This document shows, piece by piece, positions 17,765 to 28,306 of a stretch of DNA of 64,000 bases; the first letter of the stretch is position 1, and each line of letters begins with the position of its first letter. The notes beneath the pieces were generated by a model. That model had not been told where the DNA came from. It was given only the letters and a program-made list of their open reading frames with translations, and searched no databases. The stretch lies in assembly GCF_009914755.1 (NCBI RefSeq), contig NC_060926.1; one strand, written 5' to 3'. This DNA comes from the human T2T-CHM13v2.0 reference genome, Homo sapiens. The position numbers and the translations under genes were made by a program.

Positions 17765-17855
17765 AAGGATTGGGCATGGCTGTGTTCCAAGAAAACTTTA
17801 TTTACAAAAGCAGGTGGAGAGCTGGATTTGGTGCACAGATTAGATGATCCCTCAT
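17765..17855. mobile_element. MER58-like hAT fragment
   Basis: GGCATGGCTGTGTTCCAAGAAAACTTTATTTACAAAAGCAGG. Confidence 0.65.
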
Positions 17856-18118
17856 CTACCTCACAGAGCAGCTGGAAAGGAGAAATGACAGATGGCACGC
17901 TGCTCTGTGGACTGTACAGTGTGAAGCACCTGGGAGGAGCTTGGGGGGCAGCGAACATGGTAATAAACATAAAGCTCAGAGCTCCCCGCCAAGGGTGAGC
18001 GCTTCCAGACGGAGAAGTACACGGGCCGGCCAGTCAGATGGGCATGGGTTCTGATGGGGGCCCTGCCATAGGCCGCCTGGTGACCCACGCGGGGCTGCCG
18101 TTCCTTCGGGGGTTCAAC

Positions 18119-18139
18119 GGCATGATCAAAGACACCGGG

Positions 18140-18173
<34 letters not shown>

Positions 18174-18235
18174 TGATCAAAGACACCGGGGTGGGGGTGT
18201 GTGTGTGTGTGTGTGTCATGATCAAAGACACCAGG

Positions 18236-18277
<42 letters not shown>

Positions 18278-18353
18278 CATGATCAAAGACACCGGGTTGT
18301 GTGTGTGTGTGGCATGATCAAAGACACCGGGGTGTGTGTGTGTGTGTGTGTGT
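18119..18353. repeat. Compound VNTR: 5 x [ATGATCAAAGACACC(G/A)GG + (GT)n]
   Basis: GATCAAAG at 18124, 18175, 18220, 18281, 18316, each followed by a GT run of different length. Confidence 0.95.
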
Positions 18354-18547
<194 letters not shown>

Positions 18548-18674
18548 TAGCGGACCCACCCCAAGGTGCACAGTTAGAGAAGGAGCCTCTGCGGCGGCCG
18601 GAGCCCCCCACGGACATCCCCTTGAGGCCCCTCCAGCCACGCCCCCAAGAGTCCCGCCCCCAGACCCGTCGAGC

Positions 18675-18806
18675 GAGCTCCCCTCCCTGAAATCCTCGCC
18701 CCGAGATCTCCGGCCGGCGAGCTCCGCCCCCTGAAGTCCCCGTCCCAAGATCCGGGGCCGGCGAGCTCCGCCTCCCGAAGTCCCCGCCCCCAGATCCCCG
18801 GCCGGC
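18675..18806. repeat. GC-rich 44-bp minisatellite, 3 copies (plus a degenerate copy at 18631-18674)
   Basis: Units GAGCTCC...GGCCGGC at 18675-18718, 18719-18762, 18763-18806. Confidence 0.9.
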
Positions 18807-18839
18807 GTGCTTTGCGGCCGCCCTGCCGCGCGCACATGT

Positions 18840-18913
18840 AGGCGTTCCGAGCGGCGGCGGAGGTGAGCGCACGGACGAGCGGGAGGGACCCTTCTCCGGC
18901 CTGATGCGACCCG
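18840..18913 (+). other. TMEM177: Predicted 5' exon of TMEM177 (start approximate)
   Basis: Donor CCG|GTAACG at 18913/18914 within the CpG island; acceptor CTCTTTTTCTTGGCCCAG| at 20468. Confidence 0.65.
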
Positions 18914-19513
18914 GTAACGCGTTCAGACTGCGGAGTAGCCTAGGGGCCCAGAGTGGAAGCGTAGCGAGGACCCCTCTGCGGGGCTCCTGCAGCCCCTCCT
19001 CCCCCAGCCACCGGCGGGCTGCATGGTACTGTGTTCTAGGCCCACCCCGCAGCGCGATGGCCCTAGGGACGTTGGACTTTGGTCCAGACCTTTCCTTTCT
19101 TAGCCTCACTTTCCGCATTGGGAAAAAAAAAAAGCCCGAATGATAATGATTCTTATAGGAGTTCTTGATTAAGATAGGCCAAGCGGTACCCTGCGTTTTT
19201 GTTTGCGGCAACTCATTCGTTGCTCATTAAGCACTTTTCACGGACAGGAATACAGTAAGTTTCAATCAAAGTGAAATAATTGTGAATTTTTACTGACGTA
19301 TTCACGGATGAAGTGATAGGATGCCCGGGGATGTTTCAAAATAAACCAGTTGGACGGAAGTGTGGTGGAAAGAGAAATCAAACAAGATTGGCCATGAGTT
19401 GATGGGATTGAAGTTGATGGATGTACTATTTTGTCTACTTTGGTATATGCTTGTAATTTGGCATAACAAGTTTTCTAAAACAAAAAGTTTGCTGTGGACA
19501 CCTGACTATGCCT

Positions 19514-19907
19514 GTGTTAGCTTGCTAGAGCTGCCATGCCGAAGTACCGGAGACTGGGTGGCCCAACCAGCAGAAATTTGTCCTCTGGGAGTTATGGAGG
19601 CTGGAAGTTCAAGACCAGGGTGTTAACAGGGTTGGTGTCTTCTGAGACCTCCCTTCTTGGCTTGTAGGTGGTAGCCTTTTCCCTGGATCCTCACATGATC
19701 TTCCTGCTGTGCCTGTTTGCATCCTAATCTCTTCTTATAAGTACACCAGTCAAATTGGATTAGGATCCATACTGATGGCCTCATTTTATCTTAATTATCT
19801 CCTTAAAGACCCTGTCTCCAAATACAGCCACAGTCTGAGGTACTGGGGGTTAGGACTTAAATATATGAACTGGGGAGGAGGAGGAGACACAGTGCAGCCC
19901 ATAACAC
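19514..19907 (-). mobile_element. MLT1A/B-like MaLR solo LTR in TMEM177 intron
   Basis: GGAGGCTGGAAGTTCAAGACCAGGGTG, TCTTCTGAGACCTC, GACACAGTGCAGCCCATAACA. Confidence 0.8.
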
Positions 19908-20490
19908 TGTCACTTTACTAGCTTAGGATTTTGGCCATTTAAGTTTTCACAGCTTTGAAATAGGGTTAGCTGTAGTAATTAGGTCATGGGGTTGTGAGGG
20001 TTCAATCGTTAAGAGTGCTCAGAACTGAGTCTAGCATATAGTAAGCACTCAATAAATTGAACACGTTTTTCCTTATAAATTAGTAATCATAGGGCTTTAC
20101 CATGGGATGAGTGGAATGAGGCAGTTGGAGTGCCGTGCCCAGCGATGGGAATAAAAGTCATTACAGCCATTATTATAAGGAATATCTGCTGCTGTGCCAG
20201 ACACTAAATGTTTTATGTATGTTTATTCATGTGCTCATCACCGCCACCCTAGAGGTGGGCCATTACGACACACCTGTTTGGCACATGGGGAAATTGACGC
20301 ACAGAGACGGAGCTGGGATTTGAACACAGGCACTCTGGCTCTAGAGCCCACACTCTTCACCACTATGCTGTGTTACTTTGGTTTAAAAAGGTGGTGTGGA
20401 CCCTGGAGGATGTTCAGTCTGCAGGCTGACCCAGGGAAACTGGCTGACTTCTCTTTTTCTTGGCCCAGATTGTCCGCAGTGACTACACTC

Positions 20491-21426
20491 ATGGCAGGTC
20501 CCCTGTGGCGGACCGCAGCATTTGTGCAGAGACACAGGACAGGCCTCTTGGTGGGTTCCTGTGCAGGCCTGTTTGGAGTTCCAGTCTCGTACCACCTCTT
20601 CCCGGATCCCGTGGTCCAATGGCTCTACCAGTACTGGCCTCAGGGCCAGCCAGCTCCGCTCCCTCCACAGCTGCAGAGCCTCTTCCAAGAGGTGCTACAG
20701 GACATAGGTGTTCCTTCAGGCCATTGCTACAAGCCCTTCACCACCTTCACCTTCCAGCCTGTGAGTGCAGGCTTCCCAAGACTCCCTGCTGGGGCTGTGG
20801 TGGGCATCCCTGCCAGTTTCTTGGGAGACCTAGTGATCAACACTAACCATCCCGTGGTCATACATGGGCATACAGTGGACTGGCGGAGCCCAGCAGGCGC
20901 CCGGCTGAGAGCTTCCCTGACCTTGTCCCGTGAAGCCCAGAAGTTCGCCTTGGCCAGGGAAGTGGTGTACCTGGAAAGCAGTACCACTGCCGTGCACGCC
21001 CTGCTGGCCCCAGCTTGCCTGGCAGGGACCTGGGCACTGGGCGTGGGTGCCAAGTACACCCTGGGGCTCCATGCAGGCCCCATGAATTTACGGGCTGCCT
21101 TCAGCTTGGTGGCAGCAGTGGCAGGCTTTGTGGCCTACGCCTTCTCCCAGGATTCTCTCACTCATGCCGTGGAGTCCTGGCTGGACCGCCGCACGGCCTC
21201 CCTCTCTGCAGCCTATGCCTGTGGTGGAGTGGAGTTCTATGAGAAGCTTCTGTCGGGCAACCTGGCCCTGCGCAGTCTCTTGGGCAAAGAGGGGGAGAAG
21301 CTGTATACACCCAGCGGGAACATCGTCCCCAGACACTTGTTCCGAATCAAACATTTACCCTACACCACCCGCCGGGACTCTGTGCTGCAGATGTGGAGGG
21401 GGATGCTCAATCCGGGCCGCTCCTGA
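20491..21426 (+). CDS. TMEM177: Transmembrane protein 177 (mitochondrial inner membrane, COX20-associated complex IV biogenesis factor), 311 aa, single coding exon
   Basis: ATG at 20491 (CTCATGG) to TGA at 21426; translation MAGPLWRTAAFVQRHRTG...QMWRGMLNPGRS recognised as human TMEM177; polypyrimidine tract/AG just upstream. Confidence 0.96.
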   Translation: MAGPLWRTAAFVQRHRTGLLVGSCAGLFGVPVSYHLFPDPVVQWLYQYWPQGQPAPLPPQLQSLFQEVLQDIGVPSGHCYKPFTTFTFQPVSAGFPRLPAGAVVGIPASFLGDLVINTNHPVVIHGHTVDWRSPAGARLRASLTLSREAQKFALAREVVYLESSTTAVHALLAPACLAGTWALGVGAKYTLGLHAGPMNLRAAFSLVAAVAGFVAYAFSQDSLTHAVESWLDRRTASLSAAYACGGVEFYEKLLSGNLALRSLLGKEGEKLYTPSGNIVPRHLFRIKHLPYTTRRDSVLQMWRGMLNPGRS

Positions 21427-21734
21427 TGGGCTCATCACAAGGACACTTCCAGCTTGTGCAGACACCACCCTGCCATTGAGTCTGGAGGGCCCTGTTGGAG
21501 CCTTTGGACCTATAGCTCAAGGCCAGAAAAATCACTGGCTTTGGAATTAAATAGCTTAGATTGTACTATAACCACTACTTATGAACTCAGGGACTATGAG
21601 GGACTATTCAGGGGCTATGAATCTGAGCCTTTGTTTCTTGAACTGTAAAGTGGAGATGATGTAAACCGCCTTGCAAGATTGTAGAGTTGGGTAAGGTCAT
21701 GAACATAAGGGCCTGGCACAAAGGGTGCACTGTA

Positions 21735-21740
21735 AATAAA
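21735..21740 (+). terminator. TMEM177: Polyadenylation signal AATAAA of TMEM177
   Basis: First AATAAA about 310 nt after the stop, followed ~20 nt later by a GT/T-rich tract. Confidence 0.75.
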
Positions 21741-21762
21741 CAGACATCCCTCCTTCTTGGTC

Positions 21763-21924
21763 GTTTTTTTTTTTTTTTTTTGAGAGCATCTCACTCTGTT
21801 GCCCGGGATGGACTGCAGTGGTGACCATAGCTCACTGCAGCCTCAAACTCCTGGGCTCAAGTGATCCACCCTCCTCAGGCTCTCAAAGTGCTGGAATTAC
21901 AGGTGTGAGCCACCTCGCCCAGCC
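21763..21924 (-). mobile_element. Monomeric Alu (FRAM-like or arm recombinant)
   Basis: Single ~140-bp arm plus poly-T; TSD TCCTTCTTGGTC at 21751-21762 and 21925-21936. Confidence 0.9.
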
Positions 21925-24868
21925 TCCTTCTTGGTCTTGAGTGCCACCAGGCTGTGGGAGTCAGGGCACACCTCAACACCAGGGTACTAGCAGTTATGTG
22001 AACACTTTCCTACAGTGAAGAACCACCCCTCAATTTAAGTGGTGGTCAAATCCCAATTTTCCTCCACTCTGTTAGAGGTTAAAAGACTAGAGAGCCCAAG
22101 ATGAGAAGTTAGTGTGGTCCTGAGAGGCTGTTTTAAGGTGAGGGGGCCTTAAGAGTGTTGTGTCAGTCAAGGTCCCGTGGATGCAGATGGCACACTCAGG
22201 GAGAAGGAGACCAGCACGTGCCAGGAGAGTCCCTGGACCTGAGGGGAGGGGAGGTGTTCCAGAACTCCGAGATCTGTGGCATGGGAGACTTGGCAAGAGC
22301 TTCACTCAAATGTAGAGGAAGGAACAAACCATTGTAAGACCGAGGCCCTGCAGGGAGGGAGCCCACTGGCGCCATCCAGAGCTGTCAGCCTCCCCAGGCA
22401 CAGCGTGGCCAGGGCTTGGAGAGGAGAGGCAGCAAGGTGGGGGTAAGCTTGGCTCGTAGGGGTCAGCAAGGAGAGCAGAGGGGTGGAGGTGGGCAGTGGG
22501 TTAGGCCTGGTCCCACTCAGGACCCAGGGGAGACTGCAGCCCTGCCCTGCTTATTTCCCTTGAGCCCTCCGGTGGTGGATGGAGCCGGGCCCCTGGGTTA
22601 GATCCTTGGACAGGACCACAGCAGGGCAAGGTGAGGAGAGTTGTGATCAGGGAGCCAGACCCAATTTGGCTTCATGACATCTTTTAGTTGGAGATGAGGT
22701 TTTCCCTGGGAAAGTCTTTGAACACAGTGGTGGCAGGTCCTGGCAGTAGACCTGGAGAGGAGAGTGAGCCAGCGGGGCTGCAGAATGCAGTGGGAATGGC
22801 ACACCTCCCTGCTGGGCCCCTCACTGTGGGCTGGAGCTCAGTGTGCTGGGCCAGCTCACGGGTCCTCACACTGGACCTGAACAGGCTGAGTTCCTGAGGG
22901 CAGCACATCCTTGCTCATTCCCCAGGCCCTGGTACCTAGGACGGCACTGGGCACGGGCTTGGAATACATAGGTGGATAGATGAGGCAGTGGCTGGGTGAA
23001 CCAGTCTTCACTCAGGGACACACCATTTCATGGGGCCCCTTGGGGTGTCACCCACCTGCTGCTGCTGTACTTAAAGGGCCACAAGGCCATGTGAGGCCAC
23101 CTCATTCCTGAGCAGTACGGTCTGGGGCCTGGATTTGATGGGCTCCACTTTCTCACCACTCCCACCCCCAACCCATCTGCTCTCAGTACTGCAGGAGCCA
23201 TGATGGTTTCAGGCATTCCTGCTGATCTGCCCGAACCATTAGCGAAGGCAGCCTCACGATGGGGAGAAAAGGCTGCTTACTCAGCTCCCTCTGCTCCAAG
23301 TCACAGACCTTGTCTCCACTCACAGGCTGTTCCCAGTCCTCACACAAGCCTTACATGCTACCCTCCAACCTCGGCGCACACATCCTCCAGCCGTGCGTAT
23401 GTGTGTGCGTGTGTGTGCGCGTGCATTGCTCCGCCTTGCTGCACTGTTCGCATCCTCCAGTCCTCCACAGCCTGGCTCAGGCCACCTCAGGCCCTCCCAC
23501 TGAGAGCCCCCCTGGCAGGTTGGCTGAGCTCCGTGTCCCTTCTTCCCCCTCCCACCCTCCCACTGCATGACTCACCCAGCACCCAGCCTTGGTGCTTTCC
23601 CTCCCAGTAGCTCTCGGCTCCATCCCCTTTTCTTCATCTCCACTGGGCCTCCTGACTCTTCTCCCAGTTCTCCCAGCTCCTGGAAGTGCAGGTTTGACTG
23701 GGTGACTCTCCTGCCTAAAGCCCTTTAGAGACATCCCCATGCTTTCTGGCGAAAACCGCATCTCCTGCCCATCCGTGTCCCACTTTCCCTTGCTCTGGAT
23801 CCTAGCCTCACTGCAGTTTGGTTCCTGAACTGCTCTCCCCTCCTGCCCACACAGCTTTCGTGTTCGCTGTGTCCTTGATCTGGGCTGCGGTCTCACAGCC
23901 TGCCCGGTGCTCAGTTATTTAGTGTTCCTCCTGCTGGAATGCCCAGGGGAAACTGTTCACTCACGCGTTGCTTCTCCCAGGGAAGCCTCCCTGTCTCACG
24001 TCAGATGCCCGTTTATACACTGTCATACACCCAATACCTCTTCCTCGCCCTACTGCTGACTAATTAAGTTACCGTGGAGCTAGCGGCTTAGCATCTCCTC
24101 CACTGAAATGTAAAATCTGCAGTGGCAGGATCGTGTATCTTGTTTACAGCTCTAAATTGAGGCTCTCCATAATATTAATTTTTGCAGTTTCAGTAACTAG
24201 AAACAATATTTTTTCATAAATGAACAGGGCTCTAAGCTATAACAGACACAGCCCCAGCTTCCTAAAAGCCTCTGAGCAATTACAGCAAGGCTGGTTGCAT
24301 TCCTTGTATGCGGCCATTCTGAATCCTATCCGACCCTGTCCTGTTTCCCACCTTGGGACTTGCCAAGGACAGAGCCTGGCCCTAGTCATCCATGATTGCT
24401 GACATCAGTGGGGAAATCAGGACACTTCTGGGTCACTTCCTGTAGGGCACAGATTACTACCTAGGGCACCAGGGACCCTGGCTTTAGGAGGATTTTTTTA
24501 TAATATTGCGTCCCTACACACAGGTCAGAGGTTGATCTCAGAAAGGTGAAGAAACATGCTCTAGGGCTTTGTCGCTAAGTTGGGTGGTAGGCAGCTGCCT
24601 TGTAACTGTCACCCTGCACTTTTCCTTCTCCCATGCCTGCTGTGTGCTGGAATCATTAGCACTCTGTCCCAGATCCCTTGTGAACATTGTTCTCCTGGCT
24701 TAGGCCTCGCCTCTCCCCATCCCAGGTTCATGGTTCTGTGGGTATGAACCTGCAAGGATGCCCGACATCCCAGAGCAACCAAAAACAGACCCAGGACTTG
24801 GCTGACTTACAGAAAACTACAACACACAAAGACTCCCCCTCCTCAGCCCGCCCCCCCCCCTTTGCAGG

Positions 24869-24903
<35 letters not shown>

Positions 24904-26214
24904 CTGGATACAGCCAGAATACAGGGAGGGGAGTCTCAGAGTCATGGCGCTGATGCTGGCTCTGCTCTTCACTGACCCTCCTAGCCCTGCTGCCTCAGTC
25001 CCCACCAGTGTCCACAATGCAAGGTTCCACTCAGCCTTGCCTGGAGCTGGGCGCGCACACACACACACAAACCCGATCCCCATGTGTGTGTAGATCACAG
25101 GCTGAGTTCCAGATCAATGCATGGGTCCTCACCCGGCGAGGCCTCCTGCCTGTCTCCTCCCCACCATGTCCCTATAGTAACATAATGGGGCCTTTATTAT
25201 CCTCCAGACACTGTGCTAGGTTTTTAGAGACATTTTCTCATTTATTCCCAATTGGGGCATGTGGTTGGTAATATTATTATTTCAATTTTACAGGAAAGGG
25301 AACATCACAGAAAGGTGAAGAAATTTGCCCTAAATCATAAAACTTTGTAAGTGGCAGAACAAGGATTTGAAGCTGGCAGTCTGGTTCCAGGTATCGTTCT
25401 TAAAACACTAAATTTATACTGTCCTATTTAGCCTGAAAGTTTCATGGTGCAGACTTATACTGTGGACTCCATAGCCCTTTTCCTCATGCTGGGTTAGAAG
25501 TAGCTTTTTCAGGCTCACTATTTTTATTAGGAAAAAATAGTCACTGAGCAGAACTTCCGAGGAGACCCCTCCAGCTAACTGAAGAGAAAGGGACAACCAG
25601 CCTACCATGTTTAGTGCAGCAGGGGGAACAGGACGGAAGGGCAGGGTGTCATGGAGCTCTAGGAGGCACCAGCTGAGGAAAGGGGATCTCAGGAGGTAGG
25701 GAGAGAGCAGAGTGGGCAGCCAGCCGTGGGTTCAAATCCTGGCCTACCACTTTAACAGGGCGATCTGGAACAAGTGACTTCTGGTCCTGAGTTTCCTGTC
25801 TGTAAAATGGGTGCATTCCTATCTATCTTTCAGGATTGTTTTGACGATGAAAGTGAAAGAAAGTTTGCAAAATGTGGAGCCTGGTGAGGGCATATAGTAG
25901 GCTTTAAAAAAAGATTGATTTTCTAAATGTTAGTGCTCCTAAATGGCATAAGGTGTTCAGGTCTTGGAGTTGCTGCCCAAATACCAGCAATTTCCAGAGA
26001 ACTCGCTGCTGCCTAATACAGCTTTATTTTAAAGCTTTTCAAAGCCCCAGTTCAGTTAGGGCAGTTTTCCCAGTGGCTATCAGTTGGCATCTTCTGGAAG
26101 GTACTTGGCAGCAGCTGAAAGCAGAGGACACATGTGGCCTTAGGGGGAAACACCAGGCTGGAGAAGAGGGCATTAGCGTGGACGGTGGTCCTTTACACCT
26201 ACTCTACAGGGAAT

Positions 26215-26524
<310 letters not shown>

Positions 26525-26589
26525 TAAAGCATTAAGTGTTAGTAAGGTTGTAGTAAAATTGATACAAGCATATGCCCTTGGTGACATTT

Positions 26590-27495
26590 GTGTTAGGCAG
26601 CTTTTAAGATGACCCTAATGATCCCTGGTCCTAATATTTTTGGCCCTGGTTCATAATCCACTCCCCTTGCTCCTCTTGGTTCTAAACAATAGAATACAGA
26701 TATACATTGAGGGTATATCACCTCAGTGATTAGATTACAACAGATTATGACTTCTGTCTTGCTAAGAGGCCCTTGTCTTCTTGGCTTCACATGTTTTATC
26801 TTGAAGCACGTTGCCATGTTGGAGAGACCCACATGGCGAGGAACTAAAGGCAGCCTCTGAGCAAACAGCCAGCTAACAGCTGGGGCCCTTGGGCCACAAG
26901 GCACTGAATCCTACCAAGAACCGTGTGAGCCTGGAATAGAATCCTTCCCTACTCAAGCTTTCAGATGAGACTGCATGTATTAATCCATTCTCATGCTGCT
27001 ATGAAGAAATACCCAAAACTGTGTGATTTATAAAGAAAAGAGGTTTAATTAACTCACAGTTCCACATGGCTGGGGAGGCCTCAGGAAACTTACAATCATG
27101 GCAGAAAGCACCTTTTCACAGGGCAACAGGAGAGAGAATGAGTGTCAGCAGGGAAAATGGAAGTAGAAAATCATCAGATCTCTTGAGAACTCACTCGCTA
27201 TCATGAGAACAGCATGGGGAAACCATCCCCATGATTCAGTTACCTCCTACCAGGTCCCTCCCGTGATACATAGGGATTATGGGATTACAATTCAAGATGA
27301 GATGTGGGTGGGGACACAAAGCCAAATCATAGCACCCCAGCCTCAGCCAGCACCTTCACTGCAGCCTTGAGAGCCCCTGGAGCAGAGAAGCAGCTAACCT
27401 GTGCCTGGATTCCTGACCCACAGAAACAAGAAGACAATAAATCCATGTTGTAGTAAGCCATTTGGTGTGGTAACTTGGTATGCAGAAATAGATAA
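26590..27495 (+). mobile_element. Old MLT1 LTR interrupted by a THE1/MST LTR (~26977-27333, minus strand)
   Basis: MLT1 motifs (CTTTCAGATGAGACTGCA, GATTCCTGACCCACAGAAAC) flank TGTATTAATCCATTCTCATGCTGCTATG...GGGGACACAAAGCCAAA. Confidence 0.8.
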
Positions 27496-27978
27496 CTCAT
27501 ACTCTTTATTAACTGGCATAATGTTTTTGGAAAGCAATTTGGCAAAACTTGATACAATCATAAAAGTTTATCTTTTGACCCAGTAATTTCAAACCTATGT
27601 ATTTCCTAGGGCTGTAACCCCATAGAAACTGAATACTACATGCCCAAAGAGGTACATAAAAGCATTAGATATAAATACAACAAAATGACAATAATGGAAA
27701 TGTTGAATAGCAGTGACTTTGGAAGTATCCACTTGTTGAACATTTTCAGCCATTAAAAAGTATAATTATGAAGACTACAGTAGAAGCATGGGGAAATACT
27801 AGTTATAAATATCAAATCTTTTTTTAAAAATGAGGTACAATCTGCATGGTGATTGCAATAATGTAAACATGGTAAAACCTAGGAGGAAATTCACAAAATG
27901 TAAAGTAGTTGTGTTATAGGGGAATTTTAAGTGATTTTATGAATTCAAATAATAAGGACTTAGCACTATATATATTTA

Positions 27979-28306
27979 CGGTCACGCATCACTTAACGAC
28001 AGGGATATGTTCTGAGAAATGCCTTGGAAGGCAATTCCATCTTTGTGTGAACATCATAGTGTACTTACACAAACCTGGATGGCACAGCCTCCTACACACC
28101 CAGGCTAGATGGTGTCACCTTTGCTACTGGGCCCCAAACCTGTAAAGCACGTTGTTGTGCTGAATACTGTGGGTAGCTGTAACGCAATGGTGAGGATTTG
28201 TGTATCAAAACATAGAAAAGTAAAAATACAGTAGTATTAATCTCATGGGACACTGTCATATACGTGGTTCCTCGCCGACTGAATGTCATCATGCAGCGTG
28301 TGACTG
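27979..28306. mobile_element. Tigger3 (MER7/GOLEM)-type non-autonomous DNA transposon
   Basis: Termini CGGTCACGCATCACTTAACGAC / GTCATCATGCAGCGTGTGACTG form imperfect inverted repeats; internal GTTCTGAGAAATG. Confidence 0.8.

Noticed and set aside
18119-18353. Repeat-spacer pattern resembling a CRISPR array
   Set aside because: Spacers are just (GT)n of variable length, there are no cas genes, and the context is primate genomic DNA
20194-20490. 99-aa N-terminal extension in the supplied 410-aa ORF
   Set aside because: Starts at GTG in intronic MIR/L2-like sequence and crosses a polypyrimidine tract and acceptor; the recognised protein begins at ATG 20491
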